From an uncultured Gemmatimonadales bacterium (GTDB taxonomy: Bacteria; Gemmatimonadota; Gemmatimonadetes; Longimicrobiales; Longimicrobiaceae), in the NCBI GenBank assembly GCA_963716255.1, contig OY970303.1, positions 8,224,001 to 8,288,000 of the forward strand: a stretch of 64,000 bases of DNA. The letters are read 5' to 3'. The translations under genes were made by a program, and so were the position numbers. The notes beneath the pieces are model-generated. The model was not told the DNA's origin. It searched no databases and worked only from the letters and a program-made list of their open reading frames with translations. Shown piece by piece: positions 10,080 through 19,905 of this stretch; the first letter of the stretch is position 1, and each line of letters opens with the position of its first letter.

Positions 10080-10742
10080 TCAGGCGGCGATCGTCGCGGC
10101 CGGCGGCGAGGCCGCTCCCGCGGAGCTCGAGCCCGCGCCGACCGTAGGCCCGCCGCGCAGGACGGCGGCTGCCCTCGCCCGCACGCCGACGTGCTCCACG
10201 TACGCCGCGACGCCGCTGCCGCTGCCTCTGCCGCTCCGCAGGTACGACAGCGAGCCGAAGTCGAGGAGCTCCCGGGCAGCCCCGCCCGGGAGCCACTCCA
10301 GGACCACGCCGCACGCCCGCCGCGCAAGATCCCCGGTGATGGGCGCTGCCCAATCTCCCTGAACCAGCGCCACCAGCACCGAGCTCCCGGGGAGCAGCCC
10401 GGCGCCAAGCGCACGCAGCCGACCGCCGGGGAAGCCGGTGGCCTCCAGGCGCCCCGCCAGCTCTCCGACCACGTCGCCACCGAGCGCCTCCCACTGTGCC
10501 GGACCCGCCACCAGGCCGCCCGCCCCCGCCGTCGCGGCCAACACCATCAGCCCTCGCCGGCGGTAGGTGCGGGCCGCATCACACAGCGCCAGCCGGCCGC
10601 ACTCGTCGCGGCCCAGTACGGCGGCGTCCACGAACCCCACCAGCGCCCGGGTCTGGCTCGCCCGCAGCCGCTGGAGCGCATGCGAGGCGCCCGCCGCGTC
10701 CGCGAATGCGGCCGCAACCACTCCCACCGTTTGCACGTCCAT
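10080..10742 (-). CDS. DUF1269-like membrane protein
   Basis: F.D...A..AL..L, VDAAVL.RD..G, glycine-rich helix, LLPGSSVLVAL. Confidence 0.65.
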   Translation of the reverse strand: MDVQTVGVVAAAFADAAGASHALQRLRASQTRALVGFVDAAVLGRDECGRLALCDAARTYRRRGLMVLAATAGAGGLVAGPAQWEALGGDVVGELAGRLEATGFPGGRLRALGAGLLPGSSVLVALVQGDWAAPITGDLARRACGVVLEWLPGGAARELLDFGSLSYLRSGRGSGSGVAAYVEHVGVRARAAAVLRGGPTVGAGSSSAGAASPPAATIAA

Positions 10743-10755
10743 GACATCCTCCTGG

Positions 10756-11178
10756 TCATGAAGCCGTTTCCGCCGGGACGCAGTGGAGACGTTCCATCTC
10801 TCCACGCGCCCGCTCCACGTCGCCCACGTACACCTGGATCACGGCCGCCTTCTCCTCCAGGGCCGCACCGTCCGGCAGCGGCTGTACGACCTGCTCCAGC
10901 CCGCCGAACGCCGCCTCCAGCCTGTCGGTGCGCGTTCCGTCCAGCGCCCGCGCGGCCTCGTACACGCCGCCCAGCCCGGAACGGACGCGGTCGAGGCCCC
11001 CCCGAACCTGCTCCGCCGTCGTGGCGGGCGTCATCGGCGGCAGCCCGGCGAGCACCTCCTGGAGCTCGTCCAGCGCCGCGCACAGCCGGGCCTCCGCCTC
11101 GCGGGTGGAACCAGCCCCGCTGCACCCCGCCAGGACCAGGGCGGACGCAGCAGCGCCCAGCATCGTCCACTTCCTCAT
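10756..11178 (-). CDS. Hypothetical lipoprotein
   Basis: Signal peptide with lipobox LAGC; GAGGAA RBS. Confidence 0.65.
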   Translation of the reverse strand: MRKWTMLGAAASALVLAGCSGAGSTREAEARLCAALDELQEVLAGLPPMTPATTAEQVRGGLDRVRSGLGGVYEAARALDGTRTDRLEAAFGGLEQVVQPLPDGAALEEKAAVIQVYVGDVERARGEMERLHCVPAETAS

Positions 11179-11343
11179 GCTCTTCCTCCTCGTGGATCCC
11201 GCGTCGGCGGACACGGCGCCCCGTGCGAACGCCGGAGGACTTCGCGGAGACTCTCGGGCGTCCTCGTCCGGGCTCGAGGCCCTCCGGACACGCCGGGGGT
11301 GCGTCCGGTCCTGACTCCAGGCTAATGGACGGCCAGAATGCGG

Positions 11344-11358
11344 TATTGGACGAAGTTG
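11344..11358 (-). promoter_or_regulatory. Island regulon box CAACTTCGTCCAATA
   Basis: TAGCCT 19 nt downstream; faces the gene starting at 11178. Confidence 0.7.
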
Positions 11359-11430
11359 GCCTCCCGTGGAGTCGGATATTCCGCGGTCGCGCCCGACGGG
11401 GCGGCGACGGACATTCGGAGCGGGAGGGGG

Positions 11431-11445
11431 CAAGAACGTCCAATA
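11431..11445 (+). promoter_or_regulatory. Island regulon box CAAGAACGTCCAATA
   Basis: CACGTT 19 nt downstream. Confidence 0.65.
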
Positions 11446-11778
11446 CCGGCGGGAGCTGCGGGAGCACGTTGGTGGCAGGCGCCGCACCGGGGCCGGCTCG
11501 GGGTGAAGCGCCGGAAGGCACGGTCGGGGGCAGGGTGCCCCCCGCGCGCGAGGCGGAGCGCAGCAGGCTTCGGATCTCTCTCGTAGCTCTCTCATCCCAC
11601 CGCGCCGAGGCCCACGCCGGGCGGGCACCCTACTCCGCGTCGCCGGGTCGCTGGCATGGGACGCGGACGCCTCCGCGGGATCGATCCCCGTTCCACCCGG
11701 CTCGGCGCCAGCCGCCGGGGTTCAGCTCATCCGCCGGACCGCGACGATCGAGGAACGAGGCCGGTGCGCGGATCCCGT

Positions 11779-11793
11779 CAAGATCGTCCAAGA
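11779..11793 (+). promoter_or_regulatory. Island regulon box CAAGATCGTCCAAGA
   Basis: CACCTT 19 nt downstream; precedes the HdeD-like gene. Confidence 0.75.
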
Positions 11794-11929
11794 CCCCATT
11801 TTGGCCGCAGACCACCTTTCTGCCTCACCGCGACACTGCGGTGGGCCTGGAGGGCCCCATCCCCCCAGCCCCTCCATGGCACCCGGGCGCCGCCGTCGCA
11901 CGCCCGCGAGAGAGCGCAAGGAGGTAGCC

Positions 11930-12535
11930 GTGTCCACGATCGTGCACCCGTCCGCGCCCGACCGCCACGCCGAGGCCGAGCTGTGGGGGCACCAGGAATG
12001 GTTCATGGTGCTTGGCTGCACCCTGATGCTCCTCGGGCTGGTCGGCGTCGGCGCCACCCTGCTCACCACCCTGTCCACTCCCTTCTTCCTCGGCTGGCTG
12101 ATGCTGGCCGGGGGGCTGGTTAACCTCTTCAACGGCTGCCGCTTCTGGGGGCGGGCCTGGGCGAGCTTTCTCCCGTCGGCTCTGGTGGGACTGACCTACG
12201 CAGTCGCGGGGGCGCTGGTGATGGTCGGCCCGGGGGAAGACGCCGCTGCGCTGAGGCTGCTCCTGTCCGACTCCATGGTGCTGGTGGGCGTCTTCCGCAT
12301 CCTCGCCGCCGCGGCGGGATGGGCGCCGGGGTGTCCCTGGACGCTGGTGTACGGCATGGGCACCCTGGCCATCGGGGTCCTGATCCGGCTGGGGCTGCCG
12401 GAGTCGGGGCTCTGGACCGCCGGCATCTTCGTGGGGGTGGATCTGCTCGTCGGCGGATGGGCGTTCGTGGCGGCCGCCGCAACCGAGGGCGGCGCGCCGC
12501 CCTCGCCGCCGCCCGGCGGGGCCGCCCACGGGTAG
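11930..12535 (+). CDS. HdeD/DUF308-family membrane protein
   Basis: WFMVLG..LMLLG, GWLMLAGG, SGLWTAGIFVGVDLLVGG; AAGGAGGT RBS before a GTG start. Confidence 0.85.
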   Translation: MSTIVHPSAPDRHAEAELWGHQEWFMVLGCTLMLLGLVGVGATLLTTLSTPFFLGWLMLAGGLVNLFNGCRFWGRAWASFLPSALVGLTYAVAGALVMVGPGEDAAALRLLLSDSMVLVGVFRILAAAAGWAPGCPWTLVYGMGTLAIGVLIRLGLPESGLWTAGIFVGVDLLVGGWAFVAAAATEGGAPPSPPPGGAAHG

Positions 12536-12570
12536 GAGCCGGGAGAGCCCGGGGCAACCGGCGGCGCGGA

Positions 12571-12585
12571 CAAGATCGTACAAGA
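12571..12585 (+). promoter_or_regulatory. Island regulon box CAAGATCGTACAAGA
   Basis: CATCCT 19 nt downstream. Confidence 0.7.
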
Positions 12586-12720
12586 CCGCGCCCCGCGGCC
12601 GGGCCATCCTTGGTGCAGGCGCAGGGCTGCGTGGGGGTACCCGTACCGGTGGGGCGGACGGGTCGGATGGGACGGGGCCCCCCGCAGCTTCTGCATGCCG
12701 CCGTATGCTCTCCTCGGCGC

Positions 12721-12735
12721 CAACTTCTTCCAAGA
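12721..12735 (+). promoter_or_regulatory. Island regulon box CAACTTCTTCCAAGA
   Basis: GAGATT 19 nt downstream; 96 nt before the kinase ATG. Confidence 0.55.
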
Positions 12736-12830
12736 CCCCTTTCCGCACCTCCCCGAGATTCACCAGCAGGAAGCCGCAGGCCGCCGGACCCGCTCCGCCG
12801 CGGCCGCGTACCCCCGCGGAGGTGGTTGGA

Positions 12831-15782
12831 ATGCGCGAGGCAGCGGAAGATGCGGAAGGCACGGGCTCGGCGGTGCAGCAGATCCCCGCCTTCGACCACG
12901 TGGTGAACCTCGCATGCCGGGTGCTCAAGGTTCCCACGGCTCTGCTCACCCTGCGCGAGGCGTGCGAGGAGCGGATCGCGGCCCGCACGGGGGCGCGGGG
13001 CACTCTCCGGACCCTGGAGGCCCTGCCCCTCACCCCCTATTTCGAGGGCGGCGGCGGGCAGGAGGCGCCGCACTCGCTGGTGGTCCGCGACGCCCGCCGG
13101 GACGCCCGGGTGCGGGGCGACCGCGCGCTGGCGGAAGCGGGGGTCGTCGCCTGCATGGCCTTTCCGCTCCACTCCGCGTCGGGACGGCCGGTCGGCGTGC
13201 TGTGCGCCATGGACTACCTCCCCCGCCGCTGGGTGCGCGACGAGACCCGCGTGATGGCCGAACTGGCGGCGCTCGCGGATTCGGAGGTGCAGCTCCACGA
13301 ATGGCGCCGCGCCACGGAAGGGCTGTCGGAGTCGCTGACGGAGCGCGACACCGCGCTCTCCCGCGCCGAGCTGCTCCGCCTGCTCGCGGAGCAGCCGCTG
13401 TCCGCCCTGTTCGTGCTGGAAGAGGGAACGATCACCTTCGCCAGTCCCGGGCTCCGGATACTCCTGGGACACACACCCCATCAGGAGGCGCCCACGATGT
13501 CCGCTCCGCTCCGGCTGTTCGACCCGAACTCGGCCACAAGGATCGAGCAGCAGCTCGTCGACGGGGACGGCGCATCGCTGTCCCTGTGCACCTCCGTCGC
13601 GGCCGGCGAGGACGACGGCCGGGTTCTCCGGCTGGAGGTCCGGCTGGACCACGTCGCGCTTGGTGACCGCTTCGCGGTGGTCGGATCGGTGGTGGACTGC
13701 GACGAGCCGGCCCGGTACGCCGAGGCGCTGCGGGCCGACGGGGACCGCTACCGGCGCGTGTTCGACGACGCCCCCGACGGAATCGCCATCGCCGGCCCGG
13801 ACGGGAGGATCCTGGCCTGCAATCCCCAGTTCGTCCGCGTCACCGGCTACCCGTCCGTGCGCGAGGCGGTTGGGCAGAGCCTCCTGCAGCTGGAAGCGGA
13901 GCCGGGGGAGTTCGCCGCACTGGTGCAGCGCATCCGCGACGAGCGGGTCGTCGCCCCCGAGGAGATCGACGTGGTCCGCCGTGACGGCACCCCCCTGCGG
14001 GTGGTGGCGCAGGTCACGGGGAGCTTCGACGCCACGGGGAGCCCGACGGAGCTGCGGGTCCACCTCCTGGACGTAACCCAGCGCGCCCGCGCCGAGGAGG
14101 CGTTGCGGGTGAGCGACGAGCGGCTGCGGCTGGTGGAGCTGGCCACCAACGATGTGCTCTGGGAGTGGAACCTGGCCACCGGCGAGCTGACCTGGAACGG
14201 CGCCGGGCCGCGGCGCTTCCTGTACGCGCCCGAGGAATTCCGTCGCTCGATCGAGTGGCAGACCGAGCGCATCCATCTCGAGGACCGCGAGCGGGTGATT
14301 CGCGGCCTGCACGCCGCCATCAACGGGGTCGGCGACGGGTGGACCGGCGAGTACCGCTTCCGCCGCGGAGACGACAGCTACGCCTCGGTGCTCGACCGCG
14401 CCTACGTGGTCCGCAACCGGCGCGGCGAGGCGGTGCGCGTCACCGGGTGGATGCTGGACGTCACCCAGTGGCGCCTCTCCGAGGAGTCGCACCGCTTCCT
14501 GTCCCGCGCCAGCGCGACGCTGGACTCCACGCTGGACGTGCGCCGCACCCTGGGGAACCTGGCGCGCGTGTGCGTACCCGACCTGGCGGACTACTGCATG
14601 ATCGACGCGGTGGACGAGGACGGCGGGATCCGCCGCGTCTCGGCGGCGCACGCCCAGGTCCGCCGCGAGCGCCACCTGGGGCACGACACGCACCATCCCC
14701 CCGACGCGGACCCCGCGCTGCACCCCGTGATCGCCGTGGTCCGCACCGGCGAGCCCCTCCTCCTCCCCGACTGCGGCGACGACGTGCGGGAGCGGCTGGA
14801 GCGCGGCGGCAACGACGCGGTGCGGAAGCTGGGGCTCCGCTCGCTGATGATCGTCCCCCTCACCGCACAGGAGCGGGTGGTCGGGGCCATCACCCTCGCC
14901 ACCTCGGAATCCGGCCGCCGCTACCACCCGGTGGACCTGGTGGTGGCGCGGGACCTGGCCCACCGCGCGGCGCTCGCCATCGCCAACTCGCAGCTCCTGG
15001 ACACCGCCGAGCGCGCCCTGCGCGCCCGCGAGGAGGTGCTGGGGGTCGTCTCCCACGACCTGCGCGGCCCGCTCAACGCCATCACCACCACCACGGGAAT
15101 GCTGCTGGAGACGGAGCCGGAGCGGCGCGAGGGAAACCGGCGCTGGCTGGAGATCGTCCAGCGCGCGGCGGAGCAGATGAACTCGCTCATCAACGACCTG
15201 CTGGACGTGTCGAGCATCGAGGCCGGACATTTCACCCTGGAGCGCTCCGTCGCCGACGTGGCCGCGGTGACCACGTCGGCGTGCGAGATGCTCCAGCCGC
15301 TGGCCGGTGCAAAACAGGTTTCGCTGGGCTGCCGCGTCACCCCCGGGACGGGCGAGCTGTGGCTGGACGCGCGCCAGCTCCAGCGCGTCCTGGCGAACCT
15401 CGTCGGCAATGCCATCAAGTTCACCCCGGCCGGCGGGGTGATCGAGCTGCGTGTCGCGGGAGTGGAGGGCGCGGTCCGCTTCGAGGTCGCCGACAGCGGC
15501 CCGGGCATCCCCGCGGACCAGATCACCCGCATCTTCGACCGGTTCTGGCAGGGCCGCATGGGCGACCGCCGGGGCGCCGGGCTGGGGCTGGCGATCGCCA
15601 AGGGGATCGTGGAGGCCCACGGCGGGCGCATCGGCGTGGAGAGCCGCGAAGGGAACGGGAGCACCTTCTTCTTCGAGGTCCCCCGCACCACTCCCGGGAG
15701 CGCGCTCCCCACGCTTCCCGTGGCCACGCCACAGCCCCACACGTCCACCGACCCTCCCGGCCCTGCGGCTGCGGCCGAGTAG
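12831..15782 (+). CDS. GAF/PAS sensor histidine kinase
   Basis: VSHDLRGPL H-box, NLVGNAIKFT, DSGPGI, GAGLGLAI; several PAS and GAF segments. Confidence 0.92.
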   Translation: MREAAEDAEGTGSAVQQIPAFDHVVNLACRVLKVPTALLTLREACEERIAARTGARGTLRTLEALPLTPYFEGGGGQEAPHSLVVRDARRDARVRGDRALAEAGVVACMAFPLHSASGRPVGVLCAMDYLPRRWVRDETRVMAELAALADSEVQLHEWRRATEGLSESLTERDTALSRAELLRLLAEQPLSALFVLEEGTITFASPGLRILLGHTPHQEAPTMSAPLRLFDPNSATRIEQQLVDGDGASLSLCTSVAAGEDDGRVLRLEVRLDHVALGDRFAVVGSVVDCDEPARYAEALRADGDRYRRVFDDAPDGIAIAGPDGRILACNPQFVRVTGYPSVREAVGQSLLQLEAEPGEFAALVQRIRDERVVAPEEIDVVRRDGTPLRVVAQVTGSFDATGSPTELRVHLLDVTQRARAEEALRVSDERLRLVELATNDVLWEWNLATGELTWNGAGPRRFLYAPEEFRRSIEWQTERIHLEDRERVIRGLHAAINGVGDGWTGEYRFRRGDDSYASVLDRAYVVRNRRGEAVRVTGWMLDVTQWRLSEESHRFLSRASATLDSTLDVRRTLGNLARVCVPDLADYCMIDAVDEDGGIRRVSAAHAQVRRERHLGHDTHHPPDADPALHPVIAVVRTGEPLLLPDCGDDVRERLERGGNDAVRKLGLRSLMIVPLTAQERVVGAITLATSESGRRYHPVDLVVARDLAHRAALAIANSQLLDTAERALRAREEVLGVVSHDLRGPLNAITTTTGMLLETEPERREGNRRWLEIVQRAAEQMNSLINDLLDVSSIEAGHFTLERSVADVAAVTTSACEMLQPLAGAKQVSLGCRVTPGTGELWLDARQLQRVLANLVGNAIKFTPAGGVIELRVAGVEGAVRFEVADSGPGIPADQITRIFDRFWQGRMGDRRGAGLGLAIAKGIVEAHGGRIGVESREGNGSTFFFEVPRTTPGSALPTLPVATPQPHTSTDPPGPAAAAE

Positions 15783-15815
15783 ACCCCCACGCCGCCTCCC
15801 GCCCAGTCCGCATGC

Positions 15816-15830
15816 CAACAAGGTCCAAGA
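15816..15830 (+). promoter_or_regulatory. Island regulon box CAACAAGGTCCAAGA
   Basis: TAGGCT 19 nt downstream. Confidence 0.65.
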
Positions 15831-15899
15831 GCGCCCGACGCCGCTCCGCTAGGCTTCACGGAGTCCGGAACGAGCCGGGGACCAGCGAGAGAGGCACGC

Positions 15900-16772
15900 G
15901 TGCGGATCGCAGAAGCAGGGGCGTTGTGCGGGATCCTGGTGGCGTCCGACATGGCCTGCCGGTCGCTGCGGCTGCGCCTGCTGCTTGCGCTGGCGGTGCC
16001 CGGACGGGGGATGCGGCTGCGCGACGCGCTGCTGGCCACCACCTTCGGCGACGCCGCCGCCGCGGTCACCCCCATGCGGGCCGGGGGAGGACCGGCGCGG
16101 CTCCTGGTCCTCCGCCGATCGGGGGTACGGCTCCCGGCGGCCCTCGCCGTGCTCGCCGCGGACCTCGCCGCATCGCTCGTGCTGGCGGTGCCGCTGGGGG
16201 CGCTCCTCTTCTGGCACCTGGTCCCGGACGGCGCGGCGGCGGCTCGCCGCCTGTGGGGGACCGGCCGCGCACCCCTCGTCGCCGCGGGCCTACTCGTGGC
16301 GGCGCTGGCGCTGGGGACGGCCGCGGCCCGGGTCCGCGGGTCCGCGCCGCGGCTCGTCCGCCTGGCCACGGAGGTCCGGGGGGCGCTCCGCTGGCAGCTC
16401 CTGGCATGCGTGCCGCTCACGGCCGCGAGCGTGGCGAGCCGCCTCGCGCTCCTCCCCGTGCTCCTCCAGACCCTGCCGTCCCCGGCGGCCCCGGGCGACG
16501 CGCTCCGCGCCTCCTTTCTCCTGCTGTTCGGCCAGCTCCTCGTCCCCTCGCCGTCCGGCGTGGGGGCGGTGGAGCTCGCCTTCCTGTCAGGGATGGTCGG
16601 GGACCTGGGCGGGGTCGGCCCGGCGTTCGTCCTGTGGAGAGCGTGCACGGTGGGGGTCCCGGTGACCGTGGGATTCGGCCTGGCCCTCCACGTACACGGC
16701 AGGAAGGCCGTCCTGCAGGTCCTCCGGACGCGGCGGCACCGCGGCCGCAGATCCCCGCCGGAACGGGAGTGA
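15900..16772 (+). CDS. Lysylphosphatidylglycerol synthase TM (flippase-like) domain protein
   Basis: VTPMRAGGGP, PSPSGVGAVELAF, LWR motif; multiple TM helices. Confidence 0.7.
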   Translation: MRIAEAGALCGILVASDMACRSLRLRLLLALAVPGRGMRLRDALLATTFGDAAAAVTPMRAGGGPARLLVLRRSGVRLPAALAVLAADLAASLVLAVPLGALLFWHLVPDGAAAARRLWGTGRAPLVAAGLLVAALALGTAAARVRGSAPRLVRLATEVRGALRWQLLACVPLTAASVASRLALLPVLLQTLPSPAAPGDALRASFLLLFGQLLVPSPSGVGAVELAFLSGMVGDLGGVGPAFVLWRACTVGVPVTVGFGLALHVHGRKAVLQVLRTRRHRGRRSPPERE

Positions 16773-16868
16773 GGAGGCGCCCCGTGAAGGCGGGGGTGGC
16801 GCCCGCTGCGCGCGCCGCGGGAGCGCAGCACGAAGTTCACCGTGAAAACTCGTAGACGGAGGTGGAGA

Positions 16869-17282
16869 ATGCGAAATCACAAGCCGGTCGTACGGGGGAT
16901 GCTGCTGGTGCTGGTCCTGGCGCAGCCCCTCCCGGGCTGCGCCGCCGTCGCGGTGGGCGCCGCCGGCGCGGGCGCAGGGATCGCCCTGACCTCGCAGGGC
17001 GCGTCGTCGCTGGTCCAGGGCTCCATGGTGGAGGTGGACCTGCGCACGCGGGCCGTGCTCCGCGAGCTGGGCGTGGAGGTGATCAAGCAGGAGGCCGAGC
17101 AGGAGGCCAGCGGGCGCGAGGTGGAGATCAGGGGCGTCGTGGGGAACCGCCACGTCGGCGTGGAGCTGAAGTATGCGACTCCCACCACCACGCAGCTCCA
17201 CGTCTCGGTGCGGCAGGGGACGCTGGAGTGGGACAGGGACTACGCACGCGACGTGGTACAGCGCGTGGTGGCGAGCCGCTGA
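16869..17282 (+). CDS. DUF3568-like lipoprotein
   Basis: LPGCAAVAVGAAGAGAG lipobox and glycine-zipper start. Confidence 0.65.
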   Translation: MRNHKPVVRGMLLVLVLAQPLPGCAAVAVGAAGAGAGIALTSQGASSLVQGSMVEVDLRTRAVLRELGVEVIKQEAEQEASGREVEIRGVVGNRHVGVELKYATPTTTQLHVSVRQGTLEWDRDYARDVVQRVVASR

Positions 17283-17302
17283 GGCCGACCGCCACGCTGG
17301 GA

Positions 17303-17343
17303 CGTGAAGCGGGGTGGGGATACAATCCCCACCCCGCTTCACG
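17303..17343. terminator. Perfect 19-bp hairpin between convergent genes
   Basis: CGTGAAGCGGGGTGGGGAT-ACA-ATCCCCACCCCGCTTCACG. Confidence 0.6.
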
Positions 17344-17376
17344 CTCGTGCCGCCGCAGCCCCTCTCGCCGGCCGCT

Positions 17377-18162
17377 TCATTCACCTTCCCGGAGCCTCCA
17401 GGCTACGGGCACGGTGACTCGCACCCGCACCCGGACGCCGCCCACTCGGGCGGGCCTGAAGCGCATCATTGCGATCCCGCGCAGGGTGGGGGTGAGGAAG
17501 TCCGGGTGTGGGAGCCGGATCACCTGCACGCTCCCCGCCTCCACGCGCCCGTTGGTGCCGACGATGAAGTTGACCTCTGCGGGGCCATGGATCCCCTGGT
17601 CCTTCATGTGGTCGGGGTAGAGGTCCCCCAGCAGCCGTACGACCTCGCCCTCGTTGAGCAGCTTCGGCATTTCCCCGAGGGTCTCCGCGTCCACCACCTG
17701 CCCGGCGCCGCTCTCCTCCGCGCCGGAGCGCGAGAGCGCATCCGTGCCCGGTGTGGGACCGCCCCCCCGGATGCCGGCCGCCATGGAGAGCGGGAGGCCG
17801 CGGAGGACTTCCGGCAGCGCGCGGGCGGTCGCCGCCGGCGTGAGGTCGGGGAGTGGCGCCGCCGCCGGCGTCGGCTCGCGCTCCTCGTCCCGGGGCCCCT
17901 CGCCGCGCGTGGTCGCGGCGGCGTGAGCCGCCTTTCTCGGGGCCGGCACGGCGGGCGCATGGGAGGCGGCGGGCACGAGCTGCGGCCCGGGGAGCGCAAG
18001 GAAGGTGGCCCACTCCACCGACTCCGGCACCGGGGCGGTGCGCGGCGGGATGGCGGAGATCCCCGCGGCGAGCGCCAGGTGGGTTGCGGCGGATGCCCAG
18101 ATCCCCCACGGCTGCAGCAGGGGCGAACGGTCCGTCCTGGCGGTGTCTACCCTCTCGAACAT
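17377..18162 (-). CDS. TonB-family energy transducer
   Basis: N-terminal S...H helix, Pro/Ala linker, YP...GIHG..VNFIVGTNGRV...RFRPA C-domain. Confidence 0.8.
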   Translation of the reverse strand: MFERVDTARTDRSPLLQPWGIWASAATHLALAAGISAIPPRTAPVPESVEWATFLALPGPQLVPAASHAPAVPAPRKAAHAAATTRGEGPRDEEREPTPAAAPLPDLTPAATARALPEVLRGLPLSMAAGIRGGGPTPGTDALSRSGAEESGAGQVVDAETLGEMPKLLNEGEVVRLLGDLYPDHMKDQGIHGPAEVNFIVGTNGRVEAGSVQVIRLPHPDFLTPTLRGIAMMRFRPARVGGVRVRVRVTVPVAWRLREGE

Positions 18163-18268
18163 GGTGGCTCCCCTCTACTTCTGCCGGCGCAGCCCGTCGG
18201 CTGGCGTGGTGTCGTTCACCACCGGTGGTCCCATCTTCCACACGGCAGCCGCAGCCCGTGTCTGCGGC

Positions 18269-19093
18269 TCACCCTCCCGTCGGGAACAGCAGCGTCACCC
18301 CGCTGCGCAGCCTCCACTCCGCTCCCCCGTCCCGCCGCATCACGAAGTAGCCGCCGCCGAGCTGGACGCTCAGCGGCTGGCGGCCCAGACGCACGACGTC
18401 GCTCACCAGGAGCTGGACCGGTACCGTCCACTCCTCGCCGTCGGACGCCTCCCAGTCGGCGTTCGCTTCGGAGTTGAGCGTCAGGGTGACCGACTTCGTG
18501 GCGGCGAACGCCACGAACGGCTGGAGGAGGGTCTGGTTCACGTCGGCGCGGTCGCCGTCCCCCGCGTACGACCAGAGCTGGGTGGCGAGCGCGCCGAGGG
18601 TCCATGCGCCGGCCTGCGTCAGCGCCACGGCGGTCGGCCCGGCCGACCACCTGCCGCTGCCGAGCGCCGGGTCGGTGGTCATCGGCAGCCCCAGCGCCGG
18701 TCCCGCTCCCCAGACCAGGCTCCCCGGCCGTGCCGGGGTGAAGAACCCGGACACGGTGAGGTCGCCGATGCCGAAGGCGGTCCCGGCGCCGGGGGCGAGG
18801 GGCGGCTGGCTGACGACCGGCGTGATCACCCGGAGGATCAGGTTCCAGTCCCCGCTCAACCGGAACGGCATGACGGGCTGGAAGTTGACCACCACGCGCG
18901 GGTCCGCCTCCCCCGCGCCGAACTCCCAGTTGAGCTGGAAGGGGACGCTGACCAGGGAGGACACCGGGTTGGACAGCTGCTTGGCGAGGTCCCCCCCCTG
19001 CCCTTCCTGGGCCCCCTGCTGGCCGTCGAGCGGCGCGGCCCCGAACAGGCCAGCCGCCGCGGCGAACATCATGAACGGAGCGATTCTCTTCAT
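18269..19093 (-). CDS. Outer-membrane beta-barrel/transporter-like protein (family often mislabelled 'neuromedin U')
   Basis: LAKQLSNPVSSLVSVPFQ, FQPVMPF, C-terminal LLFP; signal peptide. Confidence 0.75.
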   Translation of the reverse strand: MKRIAPFMMFAAAAGLFGAAPLDGQQGAQEGQGGDLAKQLSNPVSSLVSVPFQLNWEFGAGEADPRVVVNFQPVMPFRLSGDWNLILRVITPVVSQPPLAPGAGTAFGIGDLTVSGFFTPARPGSLVWGAGPALGLPMTTDPALGSGRWSAGPTAVALTQAGAWTLGALATQLWSYAGDGDRADVNQTLLQPFVAFAATKSVTLTLNSEANADWEASDGEEWTVPVQLLVSDVVRLGRQPLSVQLGGGYFVMRRDGGAEWRLRSGVTLLFPTGG

Positions 19094-19225
19094 CCCCACC
19101 TCCCGGTGCTGACGCCGGCGCCGGATGGGGCGAGTCCCCCTCCGGATACCGTCGCGGCGGTGACCGGCGCCCCGCCGTGGCGGATGCCGATCCGGATCGA
19201 TCATAGCGGGGCCGTCCCGGACCGG

Positions 19226-19240
19226 TCTTGGATCGTCTTG
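19226..19240 (-). promoter_or_regulatory. Island regulon box CAAGACGATCCAAGA
   Basis: TATGAT 20 nt downstream. Confidence 0.75.
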
Positions 19241-19368
19241 GCAGGTGGGGGAGGAGGGAAATCCGATCTCAGGAGCGGGGCTGCGCGCAGCGTGGGCGGG
19301 GGAAGAAACGAGCGCCGCGCGGACGAGGGTCGTCCGCGCGGCGAGGGTTCCGTGGGCGGAGGCGGAGG

Positions 19369-19896
19369 CTAGGTCGGGGGCGCCACCACGACGTAGGTGG
19401 TGTCGGTTCCCACGAACTGCGGCGCGTACCACGCGCTTCCGCACTGCTCGTATGCGATCCCGTTGACGACCATCGTCGTACAGCCCAACGGGAGCGTGTT
19501 GGCCACGGATCCGATCACCGCCGCGGTGGTCACCGCCGCCGCCGTGACCGCGGCCGCCGTCGCGATGGGGTGGTGGCAGCACCCGTCGTAGTCGTCGTAC
19601 CAGCCGCCGTGGTGGTTGACGTCGATGTCGCGGTTGATGTTGATGTCGCGGTTGACGTTGCGGTTCACGTCCCGGTTCCGGTTCGCGTCGAAGTTGCGCT
19701 GCACGCCCCCGCCGTTGGCTCCGGGACGCGTGCCGGTGCTCGCCCGCGCGGCCACGTGCGGGCGCGCGTTGACGCTCGCCCGCGCGCCGCCGCGGGCCGC
19801 CAGGTGTCCGCCGCCCCGGCGCTGGGCCAGGGCGTCCCCGGCGCTGAGCAGGAGCGCCAGGAGGATGCAGAGCAGGGGGTAGGGGATCTTTCTCAT
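19369..19896 (-). CDS. Secreted low-complexity (NRDVN-repeat) protein
   Basis: Signal peptide, NRDVNRN repeats, LP.GC..VVNG..Y.QCG..WY.P C-terminus. Confidence 0.75.
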   Translation of the reverse strand: MRKIPYPLLCILLALLLSAGDALAQRRGGGHLAARGGARASVNARPHVAARASTGTRPGANGGGVQRNFDANRNRDVNRNVNRDININRDIDVNHHGGWYDDYDGCCHHPIATAAAVTAAAVTTAAVIGSVANTLPLGCTTMVVNGIAYEQCGSAWYAPQFVGTDTTYVVVAPPT

Positions 19897-19905
19897 CTTG
19901 TCTCC

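Noticed and set aside
12129..15821. Very long opposite-strand or alternate-frame ORFs (1230 aa here; also 25416-28379, 28078-30711, 23105-25825, 14165-16855)
   Set aside because: Shadow ORFs of high-GC genes, Arg/Gly/Pro-rich, with no recognisable motifs.
19616..19690. Short tandem DNA repeats
   Set aside because: Explained by the NRDVNRN low-complexity coding region of 19369-19896.
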